From: Kondoa subrosea
Taxonomy: Eukaryota
DNA length: 64,000 nucleotides
Direction: 5' to 3'
NCBI GenBank assembly: GCA_039545335.1
Contig: BCIN01000005.1
Coordinates: forward strand, 1,144,641-1,208,640
Below the pieces are notes generated by a model. The model was not told where the DNA came from and ran no database searches. It saw nothing but the letters and a program-made list of their open reading frames with translations. Positions 25,201-37,774 of the stretch are shown piece by piece (position 1 is the stretch's first letter; each line of letters begins with the position of its first letter). The position numbers and the translations under genes are program-made.

Positions 25201-26951
25201 ATCGTCCTCAGTGAAAAAGATCTGGTATCGGTAAGTAGCGTGGGTATATGTATTGAATACAGAGGCTGAAAAAGCACGATCAGATACAACAAACATCAGT
25301 CATAGATCAAACACGCCATGCTGATCGCATGGAGCATGCTGAAGGAGGATCGAACAGGGCTCAACTCTCAGAGATGTTCTGTTCTTCAGTGCGGCAAGAA
25401 CTCACTACATCAGAAGGAATTGTCAACTTCTCTAACCTATTGAGCGGCACTTCTGACATCGAAAGTCTACCGATTCGCTATACGAAGTCTATAGAATATC
25501 TCAGATACAGCTTTGCGCAAGCAATATATGATGCATTGTAGGTCAACTCTCTTTAGATGCGGACCATCTGCTCAAGATCCCCTTCCCAGACTTGTCACAA
25601 ATTCAGACGCCTTTTCGAAGTTGAAGCTTGTACATTCAAGTATACCATGGTTCATGCTTCGCAGAACTTTAAGCATAAGTGGGAAATCAAGTCTTCTGAA
25701 GACTGCTTTATCCAATTTCCTCTTGAGCAAACCGCTCGGCGGCAAAAGCTTACTCCAGAAGTAGGTCATATCGAGAATTGGGCTGAGAAAAGTACTCATA
25801 GCTGAGTAGATTGATTACGATTGTTCTTGGCGACAAAGATGACAGCACCTTGAAGAACCAAGTTATAGCTTGCAGTAATCGGATATCCAGTGTAACGATG
25901 TGCGAGAAGATTGTTGCCTTTGTTGAGTCATCGAGGGAAACAAAGGAGGTCATGAGGAAGGTGATAGACTCACTTTCTCCCTTGTTTCACACTATGACTG
26001 ATCATGCGCTCCTCTCAACAGCATGCTCTGGAAACTGGCCTTCCTCTGGTTGTAACGATACTCCGAGGTGGAGAACCGCAATTGAACAGGCAAGATCTTG
26101 AACGGTGCATGAAATCCGGTCGTTACTATGAACGATATCTCAAGCGTCTAGAGAATGGCGACTCAACCCGATCATTGCAAGACAACATCAATATCCGCCT
26201 CATACTAGACCTGCAACTCCTTCTGCGTCTCACCTCTCGCTCGAAGGACGCAGATAAGCTTCGCTCATTACTGACAGAAGAAAGCTTTGCTGGAAGTTTG
26301 GAGCTCATCTGTGCACCTATAGTCGAACTTATACATCGCGCACAAAAATCTGGCAACCTTTCTGCCCTAATCTCATCTTTCGAAGAACTCTTCTCTCAAT
26401 TGATCATAGTAATAGAAGCATTGAAAGCTAGAATCAGTGATCCTCAAAAAGGTGTTCGAATCATTGCTAAACTTTTGGCAAAACATCAAGAAGCGCTCTA
26501 TACTTTCTTACACAAGTTTCATAAAGCAGATCCACTAATTGAAGAACTGCTTCATTGGCTTAAAGATTTCACTACTCTGCTCAGGGAAAAGACGGTAGAT
26601 GCTATCAATATCTATGATGTTATACCAAGCGAAGAAGAAGCGCTGGACGCTTTCTTAGCTGAACTGTCCGATCTTGTAGAGTGGAACGAGGAGAAGAGGA
26701 GTTTAGCTTACCAGCGGATGTGCAAACGTGAGTCAAGCTTTTCTAATGCCCGATACATGCAGCTGACGGATATGATTACAGGCTACGGAGGAGACCTAGA
26801 TGGTGACGAAGCGATCATAGTTCAGGGAGATTCTTGGGGTAAATCATCTCAAGAACCGATCGTGGAAGTCCTATCAATCAAACCACCTTTGATTGAGATC
26901 TCAAAATGTCTAGCAAGATTCAAGCAGTGCATTAGTGGTTTATTAGGTTGA
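22204..26951 (+). CDS. PX-domain protein of PXB/PX/DUF3818 architecture (YPR097W/Lec1-like)
   Basis: LPTPQHVYYLLRAL and TPLISHLLRH (PXB-like), then FIIRIRRPNRLDEYV and EQRRALRSWLR (PX), then LKLVHSSIPWFML and KPLGGKSLLQ leading into a helical C-terminus. Confidence 0.7.
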
Positions 26952-27032
26952 GCACTGATAGAGTAGTTCAGTGCAAATGTTGTTGTGCTTTTGCTTTAGG
27001 TTGTATGTAATAGAATACATAGCAGCACTTTT

Positions 27033-28681
27033 TTACATAGGCTTAACACCTTCTTTTGGATACAACCACCCTTGAGCGTCCTGAAAGTCTCTGTCTTAGT
27101 ATAGATCACGTCAATAGATTGAGGAAAGTATACCTCTTCATCACCAGATTGTAACCCGGTAAGCTGGTTGAGAAGCTTGATGAAGTTCGGTCCTGCACTC
27201 TCTCCGTTCCCAATCTTAATTCGTTCCATATTCCCATCTTTCTTGTACGAAATAGATTTAACAGGTGTTATGATCTGTAGCGTACAAGCCCCTTTAAGAC
27301 TAGACAAGTCAAAGAGAAGCGAACCACCTACAGCAGCTGTTCCAGCGGCAGCACACTCTGTGAACTTCCCTTGCACCACTTCCTCGAACTTAACAGGTCT
27401 TTGCTCAACTTTCCACTTGAAGACAGTTTCCGCTAATCCAATGATAGATTTCGTTGTAATAGAAGCTAAGATGGAGTCACTTTTAGGTACAACAAGAGTT
27501 ACATCTTCTTCAGAAGTGGATTTGATGAAGAGACAGTTTGAAGTTGAGAATTCATCGACATAAGTATTGCTAGCTGAATCCACTGTCAGAAAAAGGATTA
27601 GATATATCAGCTACTTTGGCTGAAATATCTTAACCTGTACTGACAGTGCATTGTTACTCCGTAGCCTTGTTTCTTGGCTTGAGCAGTCCATTTGAAGACA
27701 GGCGCATAGTTGCCCGCAAGTTTAGCAGTTCCAGTTCCTGTCACCGGCGGATCCATTCAGCATTACATATATTGCGGAATAGACACCTCGGGCTGACCTT
27801 TTGGAGCTGCTCGATCAAATTCATCACAGATCAAAGCATCGATAGCAGGAATAGCTGAAGCTTCTTTGCCCTATATCCTTCTTCTATCAATAACAATCTA
27901 CTGTCACAATTTCCACTACGAACAGCAGGATATAGAGCTCCAACGGGAGTTGCAAAGACCAAGAAGGTGTAAGAAGGAGCAGGACCTAAGAGAATTTCTG
28001 GACCAGAACCGAAATATAATGGTCGGAGGTATAATGCTCCTTTTGCTGCTGATTTAGCATATCTGTTAGTTTTTACCGAAACGCCTCATCAGGATAAAAT
28101 CTGATGTTGAGAGCACGATAAACTCACGGTGGTACGAATTCTAGATTACCGGCTACAACTCTTTCGCAAGCATCAACAAAGATCTTGTCTGGTAATTCTG
28201 GCATATGGATGACATTCGCTCCGTGTTGCCTAAGTTCCTCCACAAATATCAGCATAGGAAAGAGAGACATAGATAGAGGTGAACTTTACATTCGTTTGCA
28301 GTTCTCTGTTGGACGGAAGATCCTTATTTGTCCATCTTTACAACGGAAAGCTTTCAATCCTTCAAACATCTGTACATGTCTCCGCTTCATTAGCACAATT
28401 TGTACAAACAAAGCGAGCCAAACATACAGATTGACCATAATTGAGGGAAACGCTACCGACATGCAACTTCATCCATGGATCAGTGACCCAAGTTCCTTCA
28501 TCCCATTTCCCATTCTCGTAATGATATTCTACATGTCCATTAGTAGCTTGTAACTGTTACAACAACATTGAGTTCAATGACTCGAAACTATAAGCGAGAA
28601 AGAGGGAAGAGGGAGGAGACGGACTTTGAAACCTAGATTATCCCAATCTATCTTAGAACTGGGTTGAGGAATAGCAGACAT
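27033..28681 (-). CDS. Branched-chain amino acid aminotransferase (PLP class IV, IlvE-like)
   Basis: IDWDNLGF, LNYGQS-MFEGLKAFR, IFRP, LYLRP, FDRAAPKGTGTAKLAGNYAP (PLP Lys), DEFSTSN, SILASIT and AAGTAA motifs. Confidence 0.92.
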
Positions 28682-29320
28682 GACTATTTAAGGATGGCTG
28701 TCGTAGACAAATGACCGATAATGAGTCGAAATTGGGAGTGTTGGAGAGCAACTGCCGAAATGTCTATGTTCTAGAGTACAGCCTAGTCCGATGAACGTTC
28801 AACAGGCTTAGAGCGAGCGAGCTGAACTTGAAGACAGGCTTGCATTGAGCCGGATTCATGGTAATCAGATTGATCGCTGAGACGTACTTCTGGCTATCAT
28901 CCTTTCTCTCTGCTTATCTGTTATCCTTGCTGTCGTGTATATTCATCTGCACGTCCTCCTTTTGCTGTGGTGCGCAACGGCTTCTTGATGGCTTTGCTTG
29001 TGTTTGCGACGGTCCAATGTCGGAGCGTGCGACTTCTGCTTGGATAAGCTACCTAGGTTTCGAGTAAAGTGTGCTATGGTTGAGCATCGCGTACCGTACC
29101 ATTGATTGGGCTGCAGAAAAAAGAAGCAGCCTTCTCAAGTCATAGTCCTCAGGACTTTATTCGATTGCATCGCATGAAATTTATGCAGACAAGATAAACT
29201 CGTTTTATCCTTTCTTATGCATAAGCTGAACCTCTTTTACCACTTCTTATAATCTATCACTCTTCCAATCCCATAAACATTTCGGAACCCAAATTCATTC
29301 TCTCTCCGCTTGAAGATTAA

Positions 29321-30036
29321 AGTAAGCCTTCTTCCTCTGCCGGTAAAGTTTATGCCGAATGCTATGCTTCTCCTTCTCTTGCTTGATCTCGCGTGCTTTC
29401 AGCAGAGCTATACTGAATTCCATCTGGAAGCAGTGCTCTTGCCCCGATATATGGATAGTGCGAGAAGAGGCAGAGTTTATGCCGCGCCTTCCTTTCCGCG
29501 CGGGAATATGTCCAACGAGTAGAATAGAGTTGCTTCTTGTACATATCTTCCACCAATGCCAGGCTTAGAGCAAAATAGTGGCGTCACCTTCGTAGATCCT
29601 GTCTCGGCGAATGATAGCGAGACACCACCAGAGGTTCGCTCCTGCATTAGATACCCCCTTGAACGATTGGTATTCACTGCTTGAGCATAGACTAGGGTTC
29701 AATACTTGCAACAAGGTTAGCCAAGGAGGGCCAAGTTTGAAATTCGTGTTTTCATCTTCAACTCAACCTTTTGAATTCGGAATAGACACTGGTACAAGAC
29801 AGAGAGTCAGACTAGCTTTTAGAGTACCTTTGTAAGTTGCATTCACTTTATAAGGTCTTTTGTGTCTTGCTGGGCATGCACGGAAGAGAATGGGCGAAAT
29901 GTGGTCCACAATAACCCAAGCGCATTGTGTTGAGAAAAAGACCAGTACTGATGGTCTGTCCGTGCATACTCTTGACAGGCTTGATCAACGGAAAAGACAA
30001 GCTCAATACAAGCCTTTGATCTTTCATTCCAATATC
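29321..30036 (+). promoter_or_regulatory. Long spliced 5' leader of SCH9 with uORFs
   Basis: Introns GTAAGC...TTTCAG (29321-~29402) and GTAAGT...TACTGAT...GACAG (29832-29978). Upstream ATGs at 29451, 29556 and 29611. Confidence 0.5.
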
Positions 30037-32863
30037 ATGCTCAAGTCTTTCTGGTCTGGGTCAGTCATTCGCGCTCGTCCAACACAATAAACGGTGTTGA
30101 TATATGGTGCGATTGGAATGACAGACCCAATGATGGAGTCACGCCGAAAGCTTCAGCTCAAGATAAGAATCCTTTCGATTCGCTGACTTCCATCAAACCT
30201 TCGGCGGGGTCTCGCAAGAATTCCGTCGTAGCACAATCACCTGCTTCCTCTGTTGGGTCCGTAAACCCGCCTTTGCCCACTCCTTCCGGTAGCAGCAAAT
30301 CTTTCGGACTTCCTTTTTTCGCTGGTTCTTCAGCCAATGGTTCAGCAAGAAGTTCCAATGGCTCTTCTCAAGGATCATCGCAGCAAGCTAGAAGTGTTAC
30401 AATGGATGATTTAGCTACACCTGGACCTTCTACAATGAACCCACAAGCGGCAGCTGCATCAATAGGTTTAACGAAAAACGAACCGGATTTCACTTTACAA
30501 AACGATTCTTCTTTGTTAGCGAAAAGAAGAGCAGCACAACAACCTTCCGCTTTAGCTAAAACTACCTCTTCTGTAGCTTCTTCTTCACCTCCAGCTTTAA
30601 GCACTCCTTTAACTTCAGCTCCGCCAAGTGGTGCAAATACTCCAAACCCAGCAGCACCCAAAGGAAAATTATCAGTCAAAGTTATTTCAGCTAGAAATTT
30701 AGCAGTTCAATCCGATTCTGCTCGACCTTATATTGTAGCAGCTTACGATCAAAATGAATTTGTGGGAAGAGAAGCAGTTCATGATGAATCTGTTGCACCT
30801 GTTACTGCTTATGCAGGTGCTAAAGGTGCTCAAACACCAATGTCTACTTCACCTCCCAAAGGAACAGGAACAGGAGGGACAGCAATTATTAACAATTCAA
30901 ATTCTATTGCTGGTAAAGGTGCTCAAAGTGCTTTGGCAAGAAGTTTGGAAGCTCATAGGAATGGATCATTGGGCAATAACAATAATGGAGGAGGAGCAAA
31001 TCATCAGAAACAAGCAAGTATTGGTTCAAACAGTGGAAATAGTTTGAGTTTCGGTTCGGCTCATAATCCAGTTTGGAAGCAAGAAGTCATCTTGTGCGTT
31101 GCTTTTCATTGGCTATACCCCTTGTGAGGTTTAGGCTGAGACAATGAACGTACAGCGATGTGGTCAGCGATTCACCAAATCAAATTCGGATTTCTATATA
31201 CGATCGAGCGCACGATGAAGGTTTCTTAGGCGCTGTAGATATCTCACCTAGGTTATCTGTTTCATCTACTGTCGATACTTGGATCAAATTGCAAGCTCGA
31301 GGGGATGAGAAAGTTACTGGAGAAGTGAGATTACAGTATCGGTATGAGAAACTAGATGTGCGTTTCTCTCCTCCTCGTAGTAGGAAGAAAGAACCTGATT
31401 GTTTGCGATACGATAGGGAAAGAAGAGTTTGAGCGTGAAAGACTTTGATTTCCTGCGTATGATTGGGAAAGGAACCTTCGGGTCAGTACCGTGGCTGCTC
31501 ATCTATATTAGATCACAGCTGACTGGTTTTCCTGACAGACGAGTCTTCCAAGTACGGAAGAAAGACACCAAGCGGATCTATGCAATGAAAGTACTCAGCA
31601 AGAGAGAAATCGTAGCTAAAAAAGAAGTAGCACACACAATTGGCGAACGCAAGATCTTGCAACGCTCTTCCGAATGTCCTTTCCTGCTTGGCCTCAAGTT
31701 CAGTTTCCAGAACGCGACGGAATTGTACCTTGTGATGGATTACAAATCTGGCGGAGAACTCTTTCACCATTTACAACAAGAAGGAAGATTCACGGAAGAT
31801 CGAGCGAGATTCTATACAGCTGAGATTGTGCTCGCTTTTGAACATTTACACAAATACGATATTGTTTATCGGTCAGTTCGTTGTTCCGTCTGACGAATGC
31901 TCGCTGAAATGGAACACATCCAGGGATCTTAAACCTGAAAACATTCTCCTGGACGCGACCGGACACATTGTTCTTTGCGATTTTGGTCTATCGAAACCAG
32001 ATTTGCCTTCAGATGCTCTTACAAACAGTTTGTCCCCGTCTTTCTTATGTCTTTTTTACCTTTAGCTAATCTGGATCTTATAGCTTTCTGCGGGACAACG
32101 GAATATCTAGCACCGGAAGTGCTGCTGGACGATCATGGCTATTCCAAATTAGTCGATTTCTGGTCTTTGGGCGTACTCCTCTTCGAAATGTGCTGTGGTT
32201 GGAGTCCGTTCTATGCTGAAGATACGCAGCAGATGTACAAGAATATTTGCTTCGGCAAGATCAAATTCCCTAGAGTGAGTTGTTCCTTTCGTGACTTGTT
32301 GGATCAACGGCTGATTATCGTGACAGGGCGTTATTGGCGATGATGGAAAACAATTCGTCAAAGGCGTAAGCTCGCGCGCTGTATAGACGTTTCACTGAGC
32401 TGACGTTTGGCGTTAGCTCCTCAACCGTAATCCAAGACATCGTCTCGGAGCACATAGGGACGCAGCAGAACTCAAAGAACATGCCTTCTTCAGCTCAATT
32501 GACTGGACAGCTCTGGCTGCAAGAGAGATCGTACCGCCTTTCATGCCTTATGTCGAATCAGACGAATCTGTTTCCAATTTCGACGCGGAATTTACTTCCG
32601 TCAGAATACAAGATGCTGCACCAAGAGCTGCAGTCTTTGACGACTCGGATCCATCGTCAGATTGGATCAACCAAGCCTCGGTCAGCTCTTCCAATGGTGT
32701 ACCGATCAATAAGGCACACAGACAAGAAAGTCATCCTCTCAGTCATAGCGTACAAGACGCATTCCAAGGTTTCTCTTATGCCGGAAGCGTGATGGATGAT
32801 AGACCATCTTGGACAAGTCACTACACTACTGATCCGAGCCGAATGAGCGAAGGAGAAGATTAA
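30037..32863 (+). CDS. SCH9: AGC Ser/Thr kinase Sch9/Sck1 (C2 domain plus kinase)
   Basis: C2 segment [13 protein letters not shown], then [69 protein letters not shown] and the hydrophobic motif FQGFSY. Confidence 0.95.
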
Positions 32864-33164
32864 ATTGAACCTGATTAATGTTCTGGCATTGTTGGTATGC
32901 TGTGCTATCTTTTCTGAGTTTTGAGCTGTGCTTATCCATTTGATACAGACGTTGTTACGCTGTTGTTGTATCATCACATCATTTGATTTGAGCTGAGCTC
33001 TGCCCTTCCTTTGCACGCAAAGCATTGCTGTACATAGAACATTGTTTATAGTATTATTATAATGTCAAAGCTTAGTAGTAGCAGTTGCTGTACATCTACC
33101 GTCCCTCACAGTCGCCATTCGACTTTCGCTTTACAATCGATGATGTTGTTCCGAAACCTCGAGC

Positions 33165-33921
33165 ATGTAGGTCGCGTTCTAGGCTACGGAAGCAGCCCTG
33201 ACCCTTATTGATAGGCCGCCTAAATCTATTGCGCCCTCACCTTCGGGCACTCCTGCTCCAGCTTCTTTGGCTGAGCTTCATTCTTATGCTCATTTGCCTA
33301 AACCATGGAAGAACCCAAACTACCAGAACAAGAAGACTACTAATTTCGGTCGACGGACCAAAACTCTGAAACAAGTGTTAGCTGGAGAAAGGGAGAAAAT
33401 GTTAGGTCCAATCGCAGCTGGGAATCGCAAAGGCAAAGGAAAAGCGAAAGATCAGAGTGGAACAGCTACGCCTGCTCTTGTCGCTGCATCTGAAAGCGGA
33501 CAATCTACACCTGCGCTGTTGGGACAATCGAGCAGTGGTGTACCTCCAATCACTTGTGCGTAATAGGCTTCACTACTGCTGTTTGCAGTTCCCGAAAATC
33601 CTTGCGTACAGATTATTCTGTCGAAGCGCCGCCTTCTTTACTGCCAGCGAAGAAGTATTGCGACATTACTGGTCTGCCTGTAAGACGGTTGTGCGTGCAT
33701 GCTAATAGCAACTCATTGGAGACTTTTACTGTTACAGGCTCTCTACACCTCTGCGAAAGGTCATCTGCGCTATCATAATGCAGAGATATACGAATTCGTT
33801 ACCGGACTTGTAAGTTATCTCCCATTCGCGAACAGAATGCAAGCTTAAAAGAGTTCTGAAGGCACCTGCTGCTGAACAAGCCTATCTTTCAGTTCGCAAT
33901 GCTTCAACACGAATAGCCTAA
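33165..33921 (+). CDS. IES6: INO80 complex subunit Ies6 (YL1 C-terminal domain)
   Basis: KPWKNPNY, RTKTLKQVL, YSVEAPPSLLPAKKYCDITGLP, LRYHNAEIY and EQAYLSVRNA motifs. The start codon is split AT|G by an intron. Confidence 0.9.
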
Positions 33922-34142
33922 GCAAGAGTTTGTTGCCTTGAAAAGCGGCTGCACATTTCCATTACGGCATTTGGCCAAATCAAGCCAAATCGAGGTGATT
34001 TCAAATCAGCAACCTTATTATGCAGATATTGAGTACTGATTAGTATAGACAGCACCAATGCCTCTCATCAGCTATGTGTACGATTTGAACGCGGGAACGA
34101 TGACGGTAGTATACAAGGGCTTTGTACAATAGAAAATGCTAT

Positions 34143-37100
34143 TTATTCAGGAGACTCGCTAATTTCACTCTCTGAACCGCTCTCATCGTGCCCGAACACC
34201 GCAAAAGCTCTATGAGGTCCTTGACTCGGTCTTCTGGAAATCTTATCCGATTCCAAAGCTTCCTGTTGTTTGCTGGGCGAAATCGGTTTGCGATTCGCGA
34301 AGCGCAACGAAGTGTTTGTTCTCTTTTCTTGCGGTTCGTGCATGTAATCCCTTTCGCCTGATTCCCCTTCATGCGCTGTTTCAAGATGATGTTCCAGACG
34401 AGACGCAGCTGTATGTCTGTGTGAAAGTGGAGGAGGTCGCGGTGAAGGATGTGGCAGGCGATCACTTGTATCATGTAGAGAAGAAGAAGATTCGTTCGAA
34501 GTAGAAGAAGATAAATTAGATTTAGCATGACCTGCTTTAGCTTTGCTTCCGTTTGGTCGAGGTGAAGAAGGGGTGCTGGCTTCGGAGACATCGTCGATAT
34601 CGTAGCCTTCTTCTTCTTCGTCATCAAGCAAGTCAGACTTGTTATTGGTAATGTGCAGTCCTTCAACAGTTTGCGGTCTAGTAGCCGAGTCGTCTTTTGT
34701 TGGAAGTTGATTATCTTCTTCGATGACGACGAAGCTCTTTTGTCTTTGGCGTTCATTCCACTTGAGCGTCCTAGCAATAGAGTGAAACCAGTCGGAACTT
34801 TGTGTTTGCGCGCCTAGTCGTGGAGATTAGCCTTGCAAACATATAGCTGATCTTGGCTACGTACAGACTGTAGGAAAAGGGTACTGAGACGCAGTGACCT
34901 TGATATGATCGCCCTCTGTGCAAAGCATAAGCTAAAGCTTTACAACAGTGCTAAGAAGTTACGCTGTAATTCTACTCTCCCCCTACCATCGAATGAAGCC
35001 CAAGCTGTCGCACGACTGTTGTATGGAACGCATAGCCTGATTTCCATGCTATCCGGAAGCAGAACGGGCCTGAAGCTCAAAGTATGCGGACCTATCGCAT
35101 GGGATGAGCAAGAGTGCGAAAAGGACAAATCCTTTGCCTTACAAATGGGTGTAACTAATATAGCGGGCACATCTGGGTGTACCAATGAGCCTCCAGCAGA
35201 AAGCTGTGGCAGATGAGCGGCTGTGAAATACTACAGGAACATTGCTTACTGAATATGCAGTAGATCCGGTCGGCGTGCTTATACATAAGCCGTCTGCTTG
35301 GACAGTTGTAATATGTTGCTCATCGCCTGCGATCGTGGATCAGAACCGTTGTACATTCACAGGGAACCAACCCACCGAACAGTTCGAGTAGACTGACGTA
35401 TGGACTAGGACCTCGATCGACCGTGAGATCATTGATAACTTCCTGTATGTTAGGAAATTTTCAGGCCGGACAGATAGCAGGAAAGCCTGCATCACTTACA
35501 AATTGCTCGACAGGTCGAGTCGTGAAACACATAACTTCTCTATCTTTGCCTGCTTCCAGGAATTTTGATTCTCCGCCTTCGATTGAATCCCAGTCACCTT
35601 GGTTCAGGTCAGACATGAAGATCTCCCCCGTCTTCCCACTTCGAACAGCTCTTCTGCCGCAATCGCTCTCCACCGCTCGATAAACAGTACAAGTGAAGCG
35701 CATCCGCAAGTTGACTCGAACACCCTCTTTAGCGACATTAGACAGAACCTGAGTGTAATCTTTGAAGGGAAAGTTGGTCAAGAACCCTAGTGAACCCAGA
35801 CTGAAGGGTATTATGGGAGGTGAGACACGTTGAAAGAGCCAAGAAGCGAAAAGAACAGTTCCATCACCTGTTCTTTCCGTCAGATGGAGCATCTGGCGCG
35901 AATTGAAGACGCACCTCCGAGCTAAGAAGATCGCGGGTCAGTAAGGGGCGAGAGGAGGCAGAAATATTCACTTACTGTGACTACGAAATCGAATAGCTGC
36001 GGCGCATTGGTGCACATATCGGCAGTCTGTCGAAGTCCATGGACTTTAGCCAATGAGGACACGGCAAACGGGCAGATTGACTCACCCAATATCTGAGCTG
36101 ACCCTCATCATTCTCGCCCGACGCTTCACGATGATGATCTTTGTCTTTTCCTGGCGAGAAAGGACTGCCAGGGCGAGTGTTTGGCTTGCTATTTGACGCG
36201 CTGTTGGTAGAAGATAGCTTGAGGTTAATCTTGGAGCGTTTCGAAGCACCCAGATTGCCTTCTGCAAGACTGGTAAGTGTTGGTATAGAGACCGAAGAAC
36301 CTCGACGTGAATAGCGGCGAGTCAAAGGTCGAAAGAGATGTGGGTAGTCACGCTCGATACCTGCCGCATCGAAGCGCTTCGATTTCTTCAGTTGATGATC
36401 GACGTAGCTGTCCTCGAATCAGCTTACTGCAGATATAGAATCTGTCTGCACACACACTGTGACACCTCGTTCTCGATTGCTGGGCATCTCGGTCATTATC
36501 CAGATGGCCATTTCGCGAGTTAAGCGAATAAGGTGATTATCTCTTGCTTTGGTGATAATCAGAACTGAACCTATATTGGATTTGATGCGTGCTCGACCCA
36601 ATTGTTTTGACATTTCTCGCACGCTGGTAGCCGTTTCTGCCAGTTTTCTAGTCAGATTCGAGGCTTCATCATCACTATCGCTTCCTGAATCGCTTGTCCC
36701 GGAAGCTGTGGAACTGTTGTCTTCGTTCCAATCGTTTGTGGCATTCGGATGTAGATTGGCATGCATGAGCCTTGGGGTTTGTTCATCGACATTTGCAGCA
36801 TTCAGACTCTGAACAATGCTATTCATCATGCCATGTATTTCAGGCGATTTGGGCTGAGAATCCATGGCTGAAGAACTTCGTTGTTCAGGCTTTCTTCTCT
36901 TCCGTCGTACTTTCCGGTCTTCAGTAATCGCTGGACCCAGTTTCTGTTGCCTCCATTCCTCTGATCCGGCTCGATTATCGAAGTTGCTAGCCAAGGCGGA
37001 ATCAAATTGAGAATGCACGAAACACGAATTTGTTGGCGAATGAGTTGGATTAGGTGAAGTAGCAGCTGAGTGAAGATGCGAGACTCGTGACTGTAATCTG

Positions 37101-37288
37101 TAACCTCAGACATGTTCTATCTGATTGCTAGCAGACGTCTGACGCACTTGGCTGTTCGCTACAGCACCGTCGCGCATTGCAGAAGATCCATCAGTTGCGA
37201 GTGAGTCAGAGAGATGGAAATGAGGCCGGCGACTTGCGAGGTTTCCAGCAGAAGTATTCGAAGACAAGCTGTGAGATTGTTGGCTCAT
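34143..37288 (-). CDS. ATP-NAD(H) kinase (Utr1/Yef1 family)
   Basis: [80 protein letters not shown] and [12 protein letters not shown]. Confidence 0.93.
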
Positions 37289-37774
37289 TATAATCTGCTA
37301 GGCAGGCAGCGAAGAGCGAGCGCCAAGGCAGGAAAGCCGACCAGGCGGACGATTCGCTCAGATCTTGCTATATGACCAGGTTCGAGCCAGTATTGATTGC
37401 TGAGAGCGGCCGAATGAATGATCTCAAGCAATGTAAGAACGTGCAGCGCTAGCTTGACTGAAGCTCCTCGTCGTGGTATATAGAGCTCGGTATACGTTCT
37501 GAGCTACAACGACTCAATCGCTGCTTCAAGACAACATCTGTTCGCTTTGCACAGGACGGAATCATCATGCTGTACATTGTATACACAAAATCAAACGAAT
37601 GATGTACATCTTCTGACGACCTGTCTTTCCCGAGAAGATCTTTTCCTCTTCCTCAAATCCAGGGGTATTGTCATGCTCGCCAATATCACACATCATCTGA
37701 ACATCTGGAATCGCAATGTGTATTAATAATCTTTCTTTTCCCTAGGATGTCTGATATCTTTGTAGTGCTTTTGA

